Source: Macrostomum lignano (Eukaryota). From it: DNA of 44,290 nt. The translations under genes and the position numbers were made by a program. Positions 32,201 to 44,290 of the stretch are shown piece after piece; position 1 is the first letter of the stretch, and the number at the start of each line of letters is the position of its first letter. A model generated the notes under the pieces. The model was not told the DNA's origin. It ran no database searches and saw only the letters and a list, made by a program, of their open reading frames with translations. Where the stretch lies: positions 1 through 44,290 of the forward strand of contig NIVC01003204.1 in NCBI GenBank assembly GCA_002269645.1. Direction: 5' to 3'.

Positions 32201-35200
32201 GAGTTGGTCGGTGGACTTGGAGTGCGGCGCCGCCGCTCTGTCGGACACGCGCACCGGGATGCTGTACTCGCTAATCTCCTCGCGGTCCAGCTTGGCTGTG
32301 ACTACCAGACTGCCATTCATGTCAACGCGGAATCGGTCCATGTGGGCGTGCGACAGCTGCGTGAAAAACACCTGGCCGTTCAAGCCTGGACGTTTTTCGT
32401 TGGAGGGTAGACGTAAGTAACACAAGTAATACTCATACGAGTAAGCAGTGAAACTGCTATAAACTTCAGTAAACTGGGACAGAGAACTCGAGAATCAATC
32501 AAAAACCAAATATAAACTGCAAGCAGAGCGGCTTCAGCCGTAAACACGTCTGAATCTCGGACCACAACGAGCCACCATCTCACGCTTTGATTCCATGCGC
32601 AGGCGCATTAATTCGGGGCTTGTGCACGATTGACCTTAATTGACCTAGGGGAGCTGTCGTGCGATTCACATCCAATAGGTCAATAGGGCCAACCAACCAC
32701 CAAGGCACAGAGAGGGTACATGTCTGTCAATTAGAAAGTCAGGGTCTCCATTCACCCTGTGTGAGCGTGTGTATGAGTGCGTGCCTGCGTACAGTATTGG
32801 CGCGCTTGTATGTTCTATCTTACTTTACTTTAAATCAAGGCATCAAATAGAAGCACCGCCAGTCTCGCTTACCAACATCAGCATCCGAAGCAGTCATAAC
32901 TCCCAGCAGAACTGGCGGCGCGGTGTTCTCCGTCACCTGGAATGCGGTGACGCCCTTGAACTGCGGCGAATTGTCGTTCTCATCGGTGATGCTCACTCGA
33001 AGCTGCGCCGTGCCGGTGAGGGCCGGCTGGCCGGCGTCCGACACCTCAAGCTGAAGCCGGTAAGAGTCTTTCCTCTCCCGGTCGAAGCTTCGTCTAGCTG
33101 AGACTTCGCCGGTGACGCTGTCGATGTCGAAGAATTCCTCATCTCCGTTGCCAACCAGGCGGTAGGCTAGCCGAGCATTCTCTCCCTCGTCGGCGTCTTC
33201 GGCTTTCAAGGTGGTGACGATGGCACCTGGCCGGTTGTTCTCCATCAGCTGGGCCTCGATGATTCCGGAAGCGTCCTTGCCCAGGAATCGTGGCGCGTTG
33301 TCATTCTTGTCCAATATAGCAACTCGAGCGGTGTAGGTGCTGGTGAGGCTGGGCTGCCCGCGGTCCCAACACACCAGCGTGCCTGTGACAACCGAGTCGC
33401 GCTCCCTATCGAACGTCTTGGTCGAGTGGATGGAGAACATGTTTGGCGAGTCGAGCTGGGCAAACTTGACGCTAAGGAGCCGGTTGTTGTGCTGCGATCG
33501 AGTCTCGCATTCTACCTCGCCGCTCGTCCCGGAGTCCCGGTCGAAGACGCGTACGGAGCCGATCCTCTCTCCGGCTTCGCGTCCCTCCTGAATCTGCAGC
33601 TGACCGCTCTCCTCGTACTCTGGCGCGTTGTCGTTGGCGTCCTCAACGTTCACCTCTACGACGGTCTTGTCCTCGAAGCGGCCGTCGGACACTTTCACCT
33701 GCATAAAGAAAACGGCCTGGGTCTCGTAGTCTAGCGGCTCCTTGATTGACAGGCTGCCATCCGATAGAATGTCAAAGTGGCGACGCGACTCCTCGGGCGA
33801 GCTGGCGTCGATGGAGTACTCGAGCTCGTGGATCAGGTCTTTGTCCCTGGCTTTCAGCTGCAATGGTGGCGGGGGATTGGAGTGATTTAAGTTGGCAAAA
33901 ATCCACAAATGGTAACAAAACTGGATCATATTGATGATGGATGTGCCTTTAAGATTGAATACGATCAGTAAAAAATCGCATTTAACTGCATAGCACAGCT
34001 CGAATTGATTACATTTAGTGATTAAAAGATTTATAGCTGAACATCGTTACTCATTTATCGAATTCTTTCCACTGGCTAGTTGAGCTCTGTGACTAAACTG
34101 ATCAGAAATTGTCCAGTCTTGTCGAATTCCCTCGGGAGAACTGGGAAGAATGCACGATTTGTGGCTATCATGCGACTGGGACGCTACTCTGGAGAGACAC
34201 GGATACTGCATCTCGACGATGCGTCACGCAGACTGTCGCGCTCTCATTTGCATTCAGGATGCTGCCGTCCGTCTGTCTGTTCTATCGAGTTTGTTAGCAC
34301 TCGACACCTCCCAGCGGAGGGTCGGCTCTCAAAAAAGCAGCCTCCGTTTTATTTACTACTACACGAGCCGTACTGGGGCTTCGCGCGCGACTCGCTAGCC
34401 AGCTGGCCCCATGTGGCGATTACGCAACGACCCGGCTCTCATGAGCGGAGTCGCCTCACATACGCTGCAACAGGCATTTCTCACTTCATTTTTTATTTCG
34501 TCTATTCCTTTCCCTACGCTTGCCCCCGCGCCTCCCTGTCTCACTGCGTTTCAAATTGTCTTCCTCCATATGAGGAGTCGATTTGATTTGCGCCCAGTCC
34601 CAGTCTTGCACGCACGCCAAGAGCTGGAATTCCGGGACCGCATCGGCCGGGAGTGAATCCGTACTCGGGCCGGCCAAGCCAAGCCGGGGGGAATTAAAAT
34701 ACACAAAAAATCTGCATGCCGGTCGCGATGAAGCTGTCTCTGAAGAGAAAAAATAAAATTTCAACGGCTTCTACACCGAGGGGCGGAGAATTTAGCGGTC
34801 TTAATTATCTTCTCCGCACCCTGGCCACGGTCTCGGTTGCGCCTCCCAGGGGACCGCGGGGTAGCTGGCGTGCGCTGGCGAGGTGGCTGGCGAATGCAAA
34901 AAGACGGGACAAATTTGGGAAGTCTTCCCCCGCCTCATCCCCCTTTCCAGTCTCAATGGGGACCCGGGCTGTATCGGAGAGAGTCTAGACCCTGGTGAGC
35001 AGCCCCAAGAAGGCTGTGAGAGGTGGCAGATCAAATCCCCAATCAGACTCCATTTCCTCTGAACTCTGACGAGTGTGTGGGGGGGATATATGGCCAGAGT
35101 CATTTTCTCTCCATCATTTAGGCCTCAGGCAACTCTCAGGCAAATTAACAAACGTGATTAAACTTCCCAACCGGGAGCCGAAACCGAATGCCGAGGAGCT

Positions 35201-38200
35201 GGAGGGTCAGACTGGGCTTGCTATCAACAGATCCCTGAGCTGCACTGCCCTCATTTCCTCTTTGCTAGTTTGGGATCGCAAATTACCTCTGCTGGAGGGT
35301 GGGGAGAGACAGGTAGGTATCGTCTTTCCGTGACACTTCCTTAAATTGGATCTCCAGTTTGTCCGGCCCTCCAAATCTGTTGCGCAATAACTGTGTCAAC
35401 AGGTTTTACAGTAAGCTGTCGACGGGCGTTCAATGACTGGCAGTCCAAATTATCTTTTTCCCCTGGGTTTTTGCCCGTGACTCTTATAAAATCAAGTCAA
35501 TATGTAAAGGTGGGCGGGAGGTGCAATATTGGCCTCCAGATTGGGAGCAACTGAGCAAATGAAGTCAGGTAGACTAGACGTAGGGGCTGACAGACAGTCA
35601 ATATCCCAGTACTGCAGTGGCAGCTCTGCCCCAACCTTTAACAGTAACTCCGCATTTTCCAATATTCAAGCATAATGCCCCCGGCTAGACTGCCACTTGT
35701 TTGACACTTTCTCGCACGCCAGTATACGGTACCATCTGTTTTTTAGTTTGCAACTTGCATTTTCGTGAGCCAACCTTGCACTTTTTAATCCAAGTAGATT
35801 TTGGGTTTTGGACCTCAGGATCCGAGATTGCTAGAATCGGGATCTCAGGATCCAGGATTGCTACAATCGGGATCTCAGGATCCGGGATTGCTACAATCGG
35901 GATCTCAGGATCCGGGATTGCTAGAATCGGGACCTCAGGATCCAGGATTGCTACAATCGAGACCTCAGGATCCAGGATTGCTACAATCGGGACCTCAGGA
36001 TCCAGGACTGCTACAATAGGGACCTCAGGATCCGGGATTGCTACAATCGGGACCTCAGGATCCAGGACTGCTACAATAGGGACCTCAGGATCCGGGATTG
36101 CTACAATCGAGACCTCAGGATCCAGGATTGCTACAATCGGGACCTCAGGATCCAGGATTGCTACAATCGGGACCTCAGGATCCGGGATTGCTAGAATCGG
36201 GACCTCAGGATCCAGGACTGCTACAATAGGGACCTCAGGATCCGGGATTGCTAGAATCGGGATCTCAGGATCCGGGATTGCTACAATCGGGACCTCAGGA
36301 TCCAGGACTGCTACAATAGGGACCTCAGGATCCGAGATTGCTAGAATCGGGACCTCAGGATCCAGGATTGCTACAATCGGGACCTCAGGATCCAGGACTG
36401 CTACAATAGGGACCTCAGGATCCGGGATTGCTACAATCGGGATCTCAGGATCCGGGATTGCTAGAATCGGGACCTCAGGATCCAGGACTGCTACAATAGG
36501 GACCTCAGGATCCACGATTGCTAGAATCGAGACCTCAGGATCCAGGATTGCTACAATCGAGACCTCAGGATCCAGGACTGCTACAATCGGGACCTCAGGA
36601 TCCGGGATTGCTACAATCGGGACCTCAGGATCCAGGACTGCTACAATAGGGACCTCAGGATCCAGGATGCTACAATCGGGATCTCAGGATCCAGGATTGC
36701 TATAATCGGACCTCAGGATCCACGATTGCTAGAATCGAGACCTCAGGATCCAGGATTGCTACAATCGAGACCTCAGGATCCAGGACTGCTACAATCGGGA
36801 CCTCAGGATCCGGATTGCTAGAATCGGGACCTCAGGATCCGGATTGCTACAATCGGGACCTCAGGATCCAGGATTGCTACAATCGAGACCTCAGGAGCCA
36901 GGATTGCTACAATCGGACCTCAGGATCCAGGATTGCTACAATAGGGACCTCAGGATCCGGGATTGCTACAATCGGGATCTCAGGATCCGGGATTGCTAGA
37001 ATCGGGACCTCAGGATCCAGGACTGCTACAATAGGGACCTCAGGATCCGGATTGCTACAATCGGGATCTCAGGATCCGGGATTGCTACAATCGGGACCTC
37101 AGGATCAGGACTGCTACAATAGGGACCTCAGGATCCGGATTGCTAGAATCGGGACCTCAGGATCCAGGATTGCTACAATCGGGACCTCAGGATCCAGGAC
37201 TGCTACAATAGGGACCTCAGGATCCGGGATTGCTACAATCGGGATCTCAGGATCCGGGATTGCTAGAATCGGGACCTCAGGATCCAGGACTGCTACAATA
37301 GGGACCTCAGGATCTAGGACTGCTACAATCGGGATCTCAGGATCCAGGATTGCTATAATCGGGACCTCAGGATCCACGATTGCTAGAATCGAGACCTCAG
37401 GATCCAGGATTGCTACAATCGGGACCTCAGGATCCGGGATTGCTAGAATCGGGACCTCAGGATCCGGGATTGCTAGAATCGGGACCTCAGGATCCAGGAT
37501 TGCTACAATCGAGACCTCAGGAGCCAGGATTGCTACAATCGGGACCTCAGGATCCAGGATTGCTACAATAGGGACCTCAGGATCCGGGATTGCTACAATC
37601 GGGATCTCAGGATCCGGGATTGCTAGAATCGGGACCTCAGGATCCAGGATTGCTACAATCGAGACCTCAGGATCCGGGATTGCTACAATCGGGACCTCAG
37701 GATCCGGGATTGCTAGAATCGGGACCTCAGGATCCGGGATTGCTACAATCGGGACCTCAGGATCCGGGATTGCTACAATCGGGATCTCAGGATCCGGGAC
37801 TGCTAGAACGCAAGGAAGATGGTGATAAAAAATAATTTCAAGCCACTGCAAATCCCGTACAGTGCGACTATTAAATTTGAACCCGCTGTGCCCACCGCGC
37901 TCCTCACTGCCTGTCAGGGAGTCCCTCTGTTATTGACAGCCTGCGAAGCCACAGGTGAGCGGCTAAGCGGTGAAAACACGGGGGGGGGCAATGGTTGCCG
38001 GGGGCTGAAAATGATGATGTCGAACTTTGGGTAGTTTTTAAGCGAGAAAAAGTACGAAGAAAGCAGGGTTTTTTTAAATGATCCTCATTTTTTCGATCTT
38101 TCAAGCGAAGCTTGGCCCGCCCCCCTCCCCCCTGTAGTGCCAGTCAGTCAGTCAGTCGGGTTGAAAACTGAAGTTAAAAAAGGCATTTCTTTGCTAGATA

Positions 38201-41200
38201 TTTTGTCTTTTCTCCATCTTTCCTGGTCTGAAATAATCACAGAGAAGTGAGCGGGCGGGCGCCCCACCGGCCCTCCGCGCGGCTTTTATCCCCAACGGGA
38301 CTCACAGTCGGGAATTCATCGGCTTTATGGGAAAAGACGGTCGCATTTCTGATGAACTCGAAAGGGGAAAGCCGGTAATAAAAGTGGCCGAACTTTGAGG
38401 GAAAAAATCCTTAGGAATTCGAGGCCCCAGTCGATCACACTCATTGGCTTTAGTCGGTTTTATAGCGAACTGAAGAGCGTCTCCTTCTGGGTTTATCTTC
38501 ATCGGGAGGGTGGCGCACCGGCTGTCACGGAGTTTTGCTTGTCCCCAGCTGCTCACAGAGAGCGCACAGAAATGAAACTGGAAAATATTCAGTACTTTAA
38601 AACTACTCCCCGCCGCTCTGCACTCGTTAGCAATGCGGCGATTCGATCGGTTTAATCACCATTGAGTCTTGTTCACAAACTGCTATGAGCGCCTCATCAT
38701 TGGGAGGGGTCAACAGGCGTCCCCTCAGGGGGCGGGCGGAGGCTCTCTGATTAACCCTCCGGCCCGCCTCTAGTAGTAATCTCTTTGGGCTTGTTCTCCG
38801 CTTCTGCCCCCTGGGCCGGGCCCATTATGCCCAAATCAGCTGTGCTGGTCGTGAATAGGGAGAGGGGGGGGCTTTTTTACGAGCTACTCGCGTCGGGCTT
38901 CGAACCTGCGAGCAGAGAGAGAGTGGAAATCTCTTTTCTCTTCCATGTCGATTTTGCAAAGCCTTTTGGATCGGTAGCTGGTTGCTAAGTTAGGAGAGTC
39001 TTGGCGGTGCCAGACAGCCGTTCCCCAGCTGCCGCTTCCGCAATTTTCTGCTATTTTCTTTCTTAAAAAAGCAGTTAAGATCATCGTGGCTCCGTGCTCA
39101 CTTTCAAGCGCTGCAATCACAGCATGACCCTCTCACGGATGCTGATGAGTTCATCTCAACAAAAGTAATCAGAGTATTGTGGAGTAGCGCTTCCGCTGGG
39201 TTCCATTGTGCGGCCGCCCGCAGCGTCAGCTCCTGAATTGCATCTCAGGACTTGGCTAACAATAAATGACATTTGTAAAATTTTTAACATAGCCAGATTC
39301 ATGGTAACTTTCATTGCATCTATTGTTGCCTAAAGATGCGTACCAAGTACTGCCTTTTAATTCCCTTATGGGCCATGGGAACTCGCATGCCTAGATGGGA
39401 GATTTCACACTTGCCGCACTTGAAGACGGGAAAGAGAGAGAGAGGGGAGGGGCACAGAAAGCTTTGCTCAAGGCTCTCCAATGCTCAGCCGTTTATCCCA
39501 TTAGTAGCTGGGTGAGAGAGGGAGGGGGAGGCTGCACGGCCGAGGCGGCCACTTGGATGAAGTGGGCGGACAAGGGGAGGTGGCAAAAGTAGGGGATAAC
39601 CGCAGCCACACTGGGAAATAGGATCAAATAGGATTGGAGGCGGGTGGGTCTGGCGGCACTGCGACAAGCACCTCACCAGCTGAGTGAAAGCGAGAGAGAG
39701 AGAGAAGTGGACCTTTGAGTGCGCAAAGCAAAATTTTGTGTGTCTGGGAGGAGTTGGGTGATCAGCTCGCCGCCTTGCCGCCACAAGTTGAAAGTGTGTG
39801 AATGTGTGAACACTTTGGGTGCGCAGTAGTGGGCACAACACTGCTCAAGAGGTGCGCTCTCTTGAGCTGTGAGGCTAACGAGAGTGAGGAAGAGAGCGGA
39901 GACTTGGGACTCGCAGCAGAGTGAGCTCGAGAAAAGGTTAAACAAAAAACCCGGTCCAGTAAGAGTGCTACTCTCTTAGCTAAGACTCTATTACGGAATT
40001 GCATGCATACACTGCTATATGACTAGAAATAATTAAGTGAAAAGCACGAGCCAAGCCACTGGCAGTTGTCGGGCAGCCAAGCGATAGATTTCAATGCAGT
40101 ACGCGGGAATAGCAATTCATTATTTGGCATATTGTAACTTATAAGACGCCATCATCTTCTCAGCCTCTCCCTGTGCCCCATCAGACTAATGAGCAGTGTG
40201 GAGGCTGGGGTGATTAGCGGCCAAGATAAGCCCCCCTGGCTTTGGGATATGCCTGTATGATTTGGGCTGACTGCAGCACCCGGCAGCCAACGCAGCCCCC
40301 CCCCCCCCCCAGTCCGTTGGTGTTTTTTGGTCGGCGGGTTGGCTTATTAATCATGCATTCGCTGGCTGCTGGCGCCGGCTCTGCAAGTGAGTCACAGCTG
40401 CTCCAACCCGGGGACCTCCTGAAGAAGCAGAGGACAGCACAGGACTCGCCTGGCCTGCTCTGCTCACATCCTTCCTTGACTTGCCGACAGAAGCTACCAG
40501 CAGCACCAGCCAGCCTCGCTGACCCTCCCGCTGATCCTTCCGACTCTGCCCTCTGAGACTTGAGAGATGGCGCCCTTCACTCTCTCGAGCCCATAAAGTT
40601 TTTTGCACAAATCTCTGAATGAATTACTTCGGCTCCCTCTCCGTTGCCTGCTTTTGCCTCTCTTCCACTCTCTGTGTTTCCTTTTTCACCGATTCATCTA
40701 CCCGAGTAAATAAAACTGAAGAAACATTCAAATGAAAATGACCGGAAGTTTCAACCAGTTGTCAAAACCAGCCGTCTTATCTGCTGTGCGACCCAAAAAA
40801 TGATGAAGGAGCAAAATGTTTCTCCAGAAGTTTTAGCACCTCTGACTCACCTTTGCAATCACGTAACCTTTGGCCTTGTCCTCGGACACTCGAACCGACG
40901 TGCGTTTAGACTCGAACTCCGGACTATTGTCGTTGACATCCTTGATGACCACGCGGACGGTGATGCGGCCCTTCCGACCGTGTCCGTCCTGGGCCACGAG
41001 GTCGAACTGGTAGCTCTGCTGCCTCTCAGCGTCCAGGCCCTTCTTCATCAGCAGGTAGGGGTTGCCGTACTCGTCCACATTCAACTCGAAGGTCTCCAAG
41101 GTCTCCGGGCTGGCGCTGGCCGGGTCGATAGTGTACGTCACCCGGCTGAGTTCCGGCGAGAAGTCGTCGTCCTTGGCGATCGGCAGGTCGACCCGCGGGT

Positions 41201-41717
41201 TCGGACAGGCGACCCCCGGCACCAGGCAGACGGACTCGTCCCGCTGGATCTCTTCGTAGGTTGACTGAAACCTCGGCGCGTGGTCGTTGATGTCGCGCAC
41301 GATCAAGGTGAACCTGCCGCGCGCCAACCGCCGGCCCTGCAGCTGCGGCTGCGTCGGCGGTGGCAGCTCGCGGACCACCACAGAGAAGGCGTGCCGGCCG
41401 CCATGCGGGCACTTCGCAGTGGACCGGCAGATCGTCTCCAGATCGATGGACGCCTTCAAGCGAATTTCGCCCGAGGACGAGTCGACGCTCACGTAAGCGT
41501 CGTGCATCTCGAGGGCGTAGGACAGCGGGCCGGCGGAGGTCAGGTGCCGGGACAGGTTGCCAAGGGCAGCGACATTGCCCAGCGCCTGCGGCTGACTTTC
41601 CTCTGATATTTCGATCGCCTTCTCGAAGGTATACAGAGCGGCCACGCCGGAATGCGATGCGACGGTCGTCAAGGCGACCGCGAAGGTCAGAAGCTCGCGC
41701 CAGCTGCTTAGAGGCAT
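26028..41717 (-). CDS. Non-clustered delta-type protocadherin: signal peptide, 7 cadherin repeats, TM helix, cytoplasmic tail
   Basis: Seven exons with matching phases: 41717-40851 (signal peptide, EC1-2, DINDHAPRF, DVNDNSPEF); 33857-32873 (DYE, DANDNAP, DRE, DKNDNAP, DENDNSP); 32385-31857 (one -1 near 32170); 28622-28254 (TM VIIIVILAAVSAVLAIILIIAITCV); 27569-27381; 26792-26480 (DSGRGCSDED, like the protocadherin DSGxGDSD motif); 26424-26028 (one -1 near 26355, ends QVCRQIDSLFFRDMPV). Cys pair in EC1 (ETICRSTAKC). Confidence 0.88.
26900..27186 (-). mobile_element. tRNA(Glu)-like SINE copy E (most complete), protocadherin intron 5
   Basis: The reverse strand reads GGCGGCAGAGCAGCGCTGAGGTTAATGTGCTTGTCTGACTCTCACGCCATGCCCCCTTGTTCGATTCCGTGCGCAGCCA: A-box-like segment, CTC anticodon-like loop and B box. 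The shared ~200-nt body follows. Confidence 0.72.
27640..27980. repeat. 30-bp minisatellite (~11 copies, degenerate to ~28190), protocadherin intron 4
   Basis: Unit GGACCCGGTTGCTAAGGAAAACACTCCAAT. Confidence 0.9.
28691..28982. repeat. 32-bp minisatellite (~9 copies), protocadherin intron 3
   Basis: Unit ACTCCATAGCCAGTCTCTAGATTAAGCGCGCA. Confidence 0.93.
31545..31842. repeat. 19-bp minisatellite (~15 copies) next to the exon 3 donor, protocadherin intron 3
   Basis: Unit AATGGGACAGCAGCTTCAG. Confidence 0.94.
32560..32805 (+). mobile_element. tRNA-derived SINE copy F (opposite orientation), protocadherin intron 2
   Basis: 32753-32803 is the reverse complement of 26923-26973 (50 of 51 identical). 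Degenerate head ATCTCACGCTTTGATTCC near 32578-32596. Confidence 0.68.
35810..37806. repeat. 30-bp minisatellite (~66 copies), protocadherin intron 1
   Basis: Unit ATTGCTACAATCGGGACCTCAGGATCC(A/G)GG. Confidence 0.96.
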
Positions 41718-43689
41718 TTGCTGGACAGCTGCAAAAACGAATAATGATGAGGGAGAGATTTTGGAGTTGGATTCAACAAACGGAGCTCAATTTTTTTATT
41801 AACTGAGGCTGCTTTGAGCAGTTTCGCAAGCAAGCCAATGCACTGGAAGAGCAGGTGCCTGGCCGCTAACTGTGGCCTGCAATTTTCAATTTTATTAGCA
41901 ATGGCTCCTGACTCGATTTCGAGCCACACAAGCTGCTCAATCTCTGTCTCGTCCTAATAAATGCTATTTTTTGAAGTGCTTCTTCCGTTGGAGAGTAATC
42001 TGCATAATCTGCAGACAGCGCGGGAAATTTGGTCTGCAAAATTAAAATAATGACCATTTCCATGCTCCCTGCTATCTCTCTCTCTGCGTGTGCAAGCGAA
42101 GTCGTTAGCACCCTTTTTTATCCCAACAACTGGGGGATAATTGTTCCGGAAGCAGAGCGTGTTGCAGATTCCCCCCTCCCCACCCCCATCCAGCCGCAGA
42201 GCCTCCCAGCTTATTTTGCATTTTTCGCATTCAGAAAAAATCCTGGCAGTAAAATTTGGGAGGCTGATTTCTTGTCAAAAATTGGAACACCAAATCCGCT
42301 GGCTGATTCTCCCCCGAGCCTCATCAGGCAGTCCAGGCTCCCAACTAGCTGTTCGATTCGACCCAGAATTCAACCCGAAGTCACCTTTTCTTCGTTGTCC
42401 TTTGCAGCCAGCTCCTAGCGAGGGTAAACTATTTAAGCTATTTATCGCATGGAGAGCACAAAGCGTCTTGTTATTCGCGACAAAAGAATTCGCGGCTGGC
42501 GAAAAGTCGAGAAGACGCATTCCAAAATGAAGCGAACTCGCACAGGAGTGGCCGCAGCTCCCCGAACAGCTGACTCCGACAGACACTGCCAGATTTTCAA
42601 AAAGTTGTTCTATGAAAATCTGGGCACACCCCCAACCCTGACCGGGCGCAGCTGACAGATGGGACCTCGGCGTGATGCAGACTCTCCGCCGCCTCATCAT
42701 GCTCTCCTAAGCCTGTCCCACCCTCGGCTGTCCTGTTCCGCATTGGAAAGATTTTACTGTTGCGCAATGCTTTCGTACAGCTGATTGCATGCAATGGCGG
42801 CATATACAGTTCTGCATAGACTGCTTGGTTAGAGGATTTTAACGATTTCGTTTAAACAAACAGACTACTGCTTCGTCCTGTAGGGTAGAGAATGCTAATT
42901 CTTATCGGGCAGTGGGGCCTAAGCTTTGTTTAAATTAATTACATACCTTTTATTAGGTTGGAACTCAGGGGCGGGGGACTCATCTGCATGGCTAGCCCCA
43001 TCAGAAGTCACTCAGTTGTATTAGGCTAATCGAAATTTTTTTTCTCTTTTTACCGATAGCTGCAGCTCTCAATGCGTTGGCTTATCAGCTCGTTCTCATC
43101 TGTCCGCTCCGCCTTGTGGCGCTTCTCATTCCAGTCCTTTGCTGGCAATATCTTCATCATCTCAAGCAGCCCTTGTCGTTTGAGAGCTCAGTTGCTATCA
43201 TTATCTCTATATAGATTTTTGCCTTCTATATTGGCACAGAGACTACACAGATGTCCACGCAGAGCTGATCTGCGGCAGCACTTGTTAGGCCCGAGACTCT
43301 CTGTGCCCGTGTTTTATCCGAATTCCACTTTTTCACTTTGGTACCCCATCAATCGTTAATGACATCCTCAGTGGGTTAGGAAAAACTGAAAAAAAATCGA
43401 TCAGAGATATTTGACTGGCTGATGAAGTCCGTTCGACAAACATATGCGGAATTTGTCAAAGGAAATGATTCTGCGTTGTCTTTGTCTTGGCATTGTTCTT
43501 TTTAGACTTGAAAGGAAATAGGATAGGGAGTGCAACTACAGACAGAGTCTGCTTGAGGAAAAGCAATTTCAGGTATTTCACATGGACAGCTGAAGCAGAA
43601 GGGACGCTACTCTCAATTTTCTTAGAAATGACTAGCAATCAGCGCCCCCGTTGGAGAGGCAACAAAGAATGGAATACAAATATTCTGAT

Positions 43690-44152
43690 CTCTCAGCAAT
43701 TTCCCCGTAAGCCTCGACATCTCAGCGATTCCCCCAGTAAGCCTTGAAATCTCAGCGATTCCCCCCTGTAAGCCTTGACATCTCAGCGATTCCCCCAGTA
43801 AGCCTTGACATCTCAGCGATTCCCCCCTGTAAGCCTTGTCATCTCAGCGATTCCCCAGTAAGCCTTGACATCTCAGCAATCCCCCAGTAAGCCTTGACAT
43901 CTCAGCGATTCCCCCAGTAAGCCTTGACATCTCAGCAATTCCCCAGTAAGCCTTGACATCTCAGCGATTCCCCCAGTAAGCCTTGACATCTCAGCAATTC
44001 CCCCAGTAAGCCTTGACATCTCAGCAATCCCCCAGTAAGCCTTGACATCTCAGCAATCCCCCGTAAGCCTCAACATCTCAGCTATTCCCCCGTAAGCCTC
44101 AACATCTCAGCAATTCCCCCAGTAAGCCTTGACATCTCAGCAATTCCCCCGA
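43690..44152. repeat. 29-31-bp minisatellite (~15 copies) upstream of the protocadherin
   Basis: Unit GTAAGCCTTGACATCTCAGC(G/A)ATTCCCCCA. Confidence 0.93.
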
Positions 44153-44290
44153 AAGCTCTACTGAGAAATCAGATTTTTGTCGACCGATTTTGTCTATGAC
44201 AAAACCTCATTCAGAGCTATGCATTCTCTAGAGCACACTAAATACACTAGCAATGCGAACAACATACGTTCTCTATCAGTCTCCAGCTTT

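Noticed and set aside
35685-37851. Long IATIGTSGSR / DPEVPIVAI ORFs resembling antifreeze, ice-binding or collagen-like repeat proteins
   Set aside because: The 30-bp unit is open on both strands by chance. Indels break the frame at ~36670-37140, and the array lies in protocadherin intron 1 without convincing start or splice context.
33858-40850. Alternative variable first exons (clustered-protocadherin-like) in the 7-kb intron 1
   Set aside because: None of the ORFs there has cadherin motifs (DxE, DxNDN) or a convincing signal peptide.

Overview
Eukaryotic, intron-rich animal genomic DNA, not prokaryotic. GC-rich exons with poly-Q/poly-A tracts and minisatellite-filled introns suggest a free-living flatworm such as Macrostomum; this is an inference from sequence style only. 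Four spliced genes can be reconstructed from GT-AG boundaries: (1) the 3' part of a TRPC/TRP-gamma-type channel (+, 390-3605); (2) a complete cytosolic carboxypeptidase 5 / AGBL5 tubulin deglutamylase (-, 13246-5836); (3) a roughly 500-aa pyruvate dehydrogenase phosphatase (PDP)-like PP2C protein that has lost several metal-binding Asp residues, so a candidate pseudophosphatase not visible as a single ORF (+, ~16466-19803); (4) a complete 7-EC delta-type protocadherin (-, 41717-26028). Mobile DNA: a 5'-truncated LOA/I-group LINE with APE, RT and RNase H; an 813-bp solo LTR with a 4-bp TSD; a 450-bp MITE with an 8-bp TSD; and six copies of a tRNA-Glu-like SINE. There are ten tandem arrays plus a GA tract, mostly intronic. 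Scattered single-base deletions in otherwise intact exons look like long-read consensus errors. No CRISPR array, rRNA or intact tRNA was seen. I found no clearly new multi-gene system; the best leads are the pseudophosphatase and the inverted SINE pair in the protocadherin.
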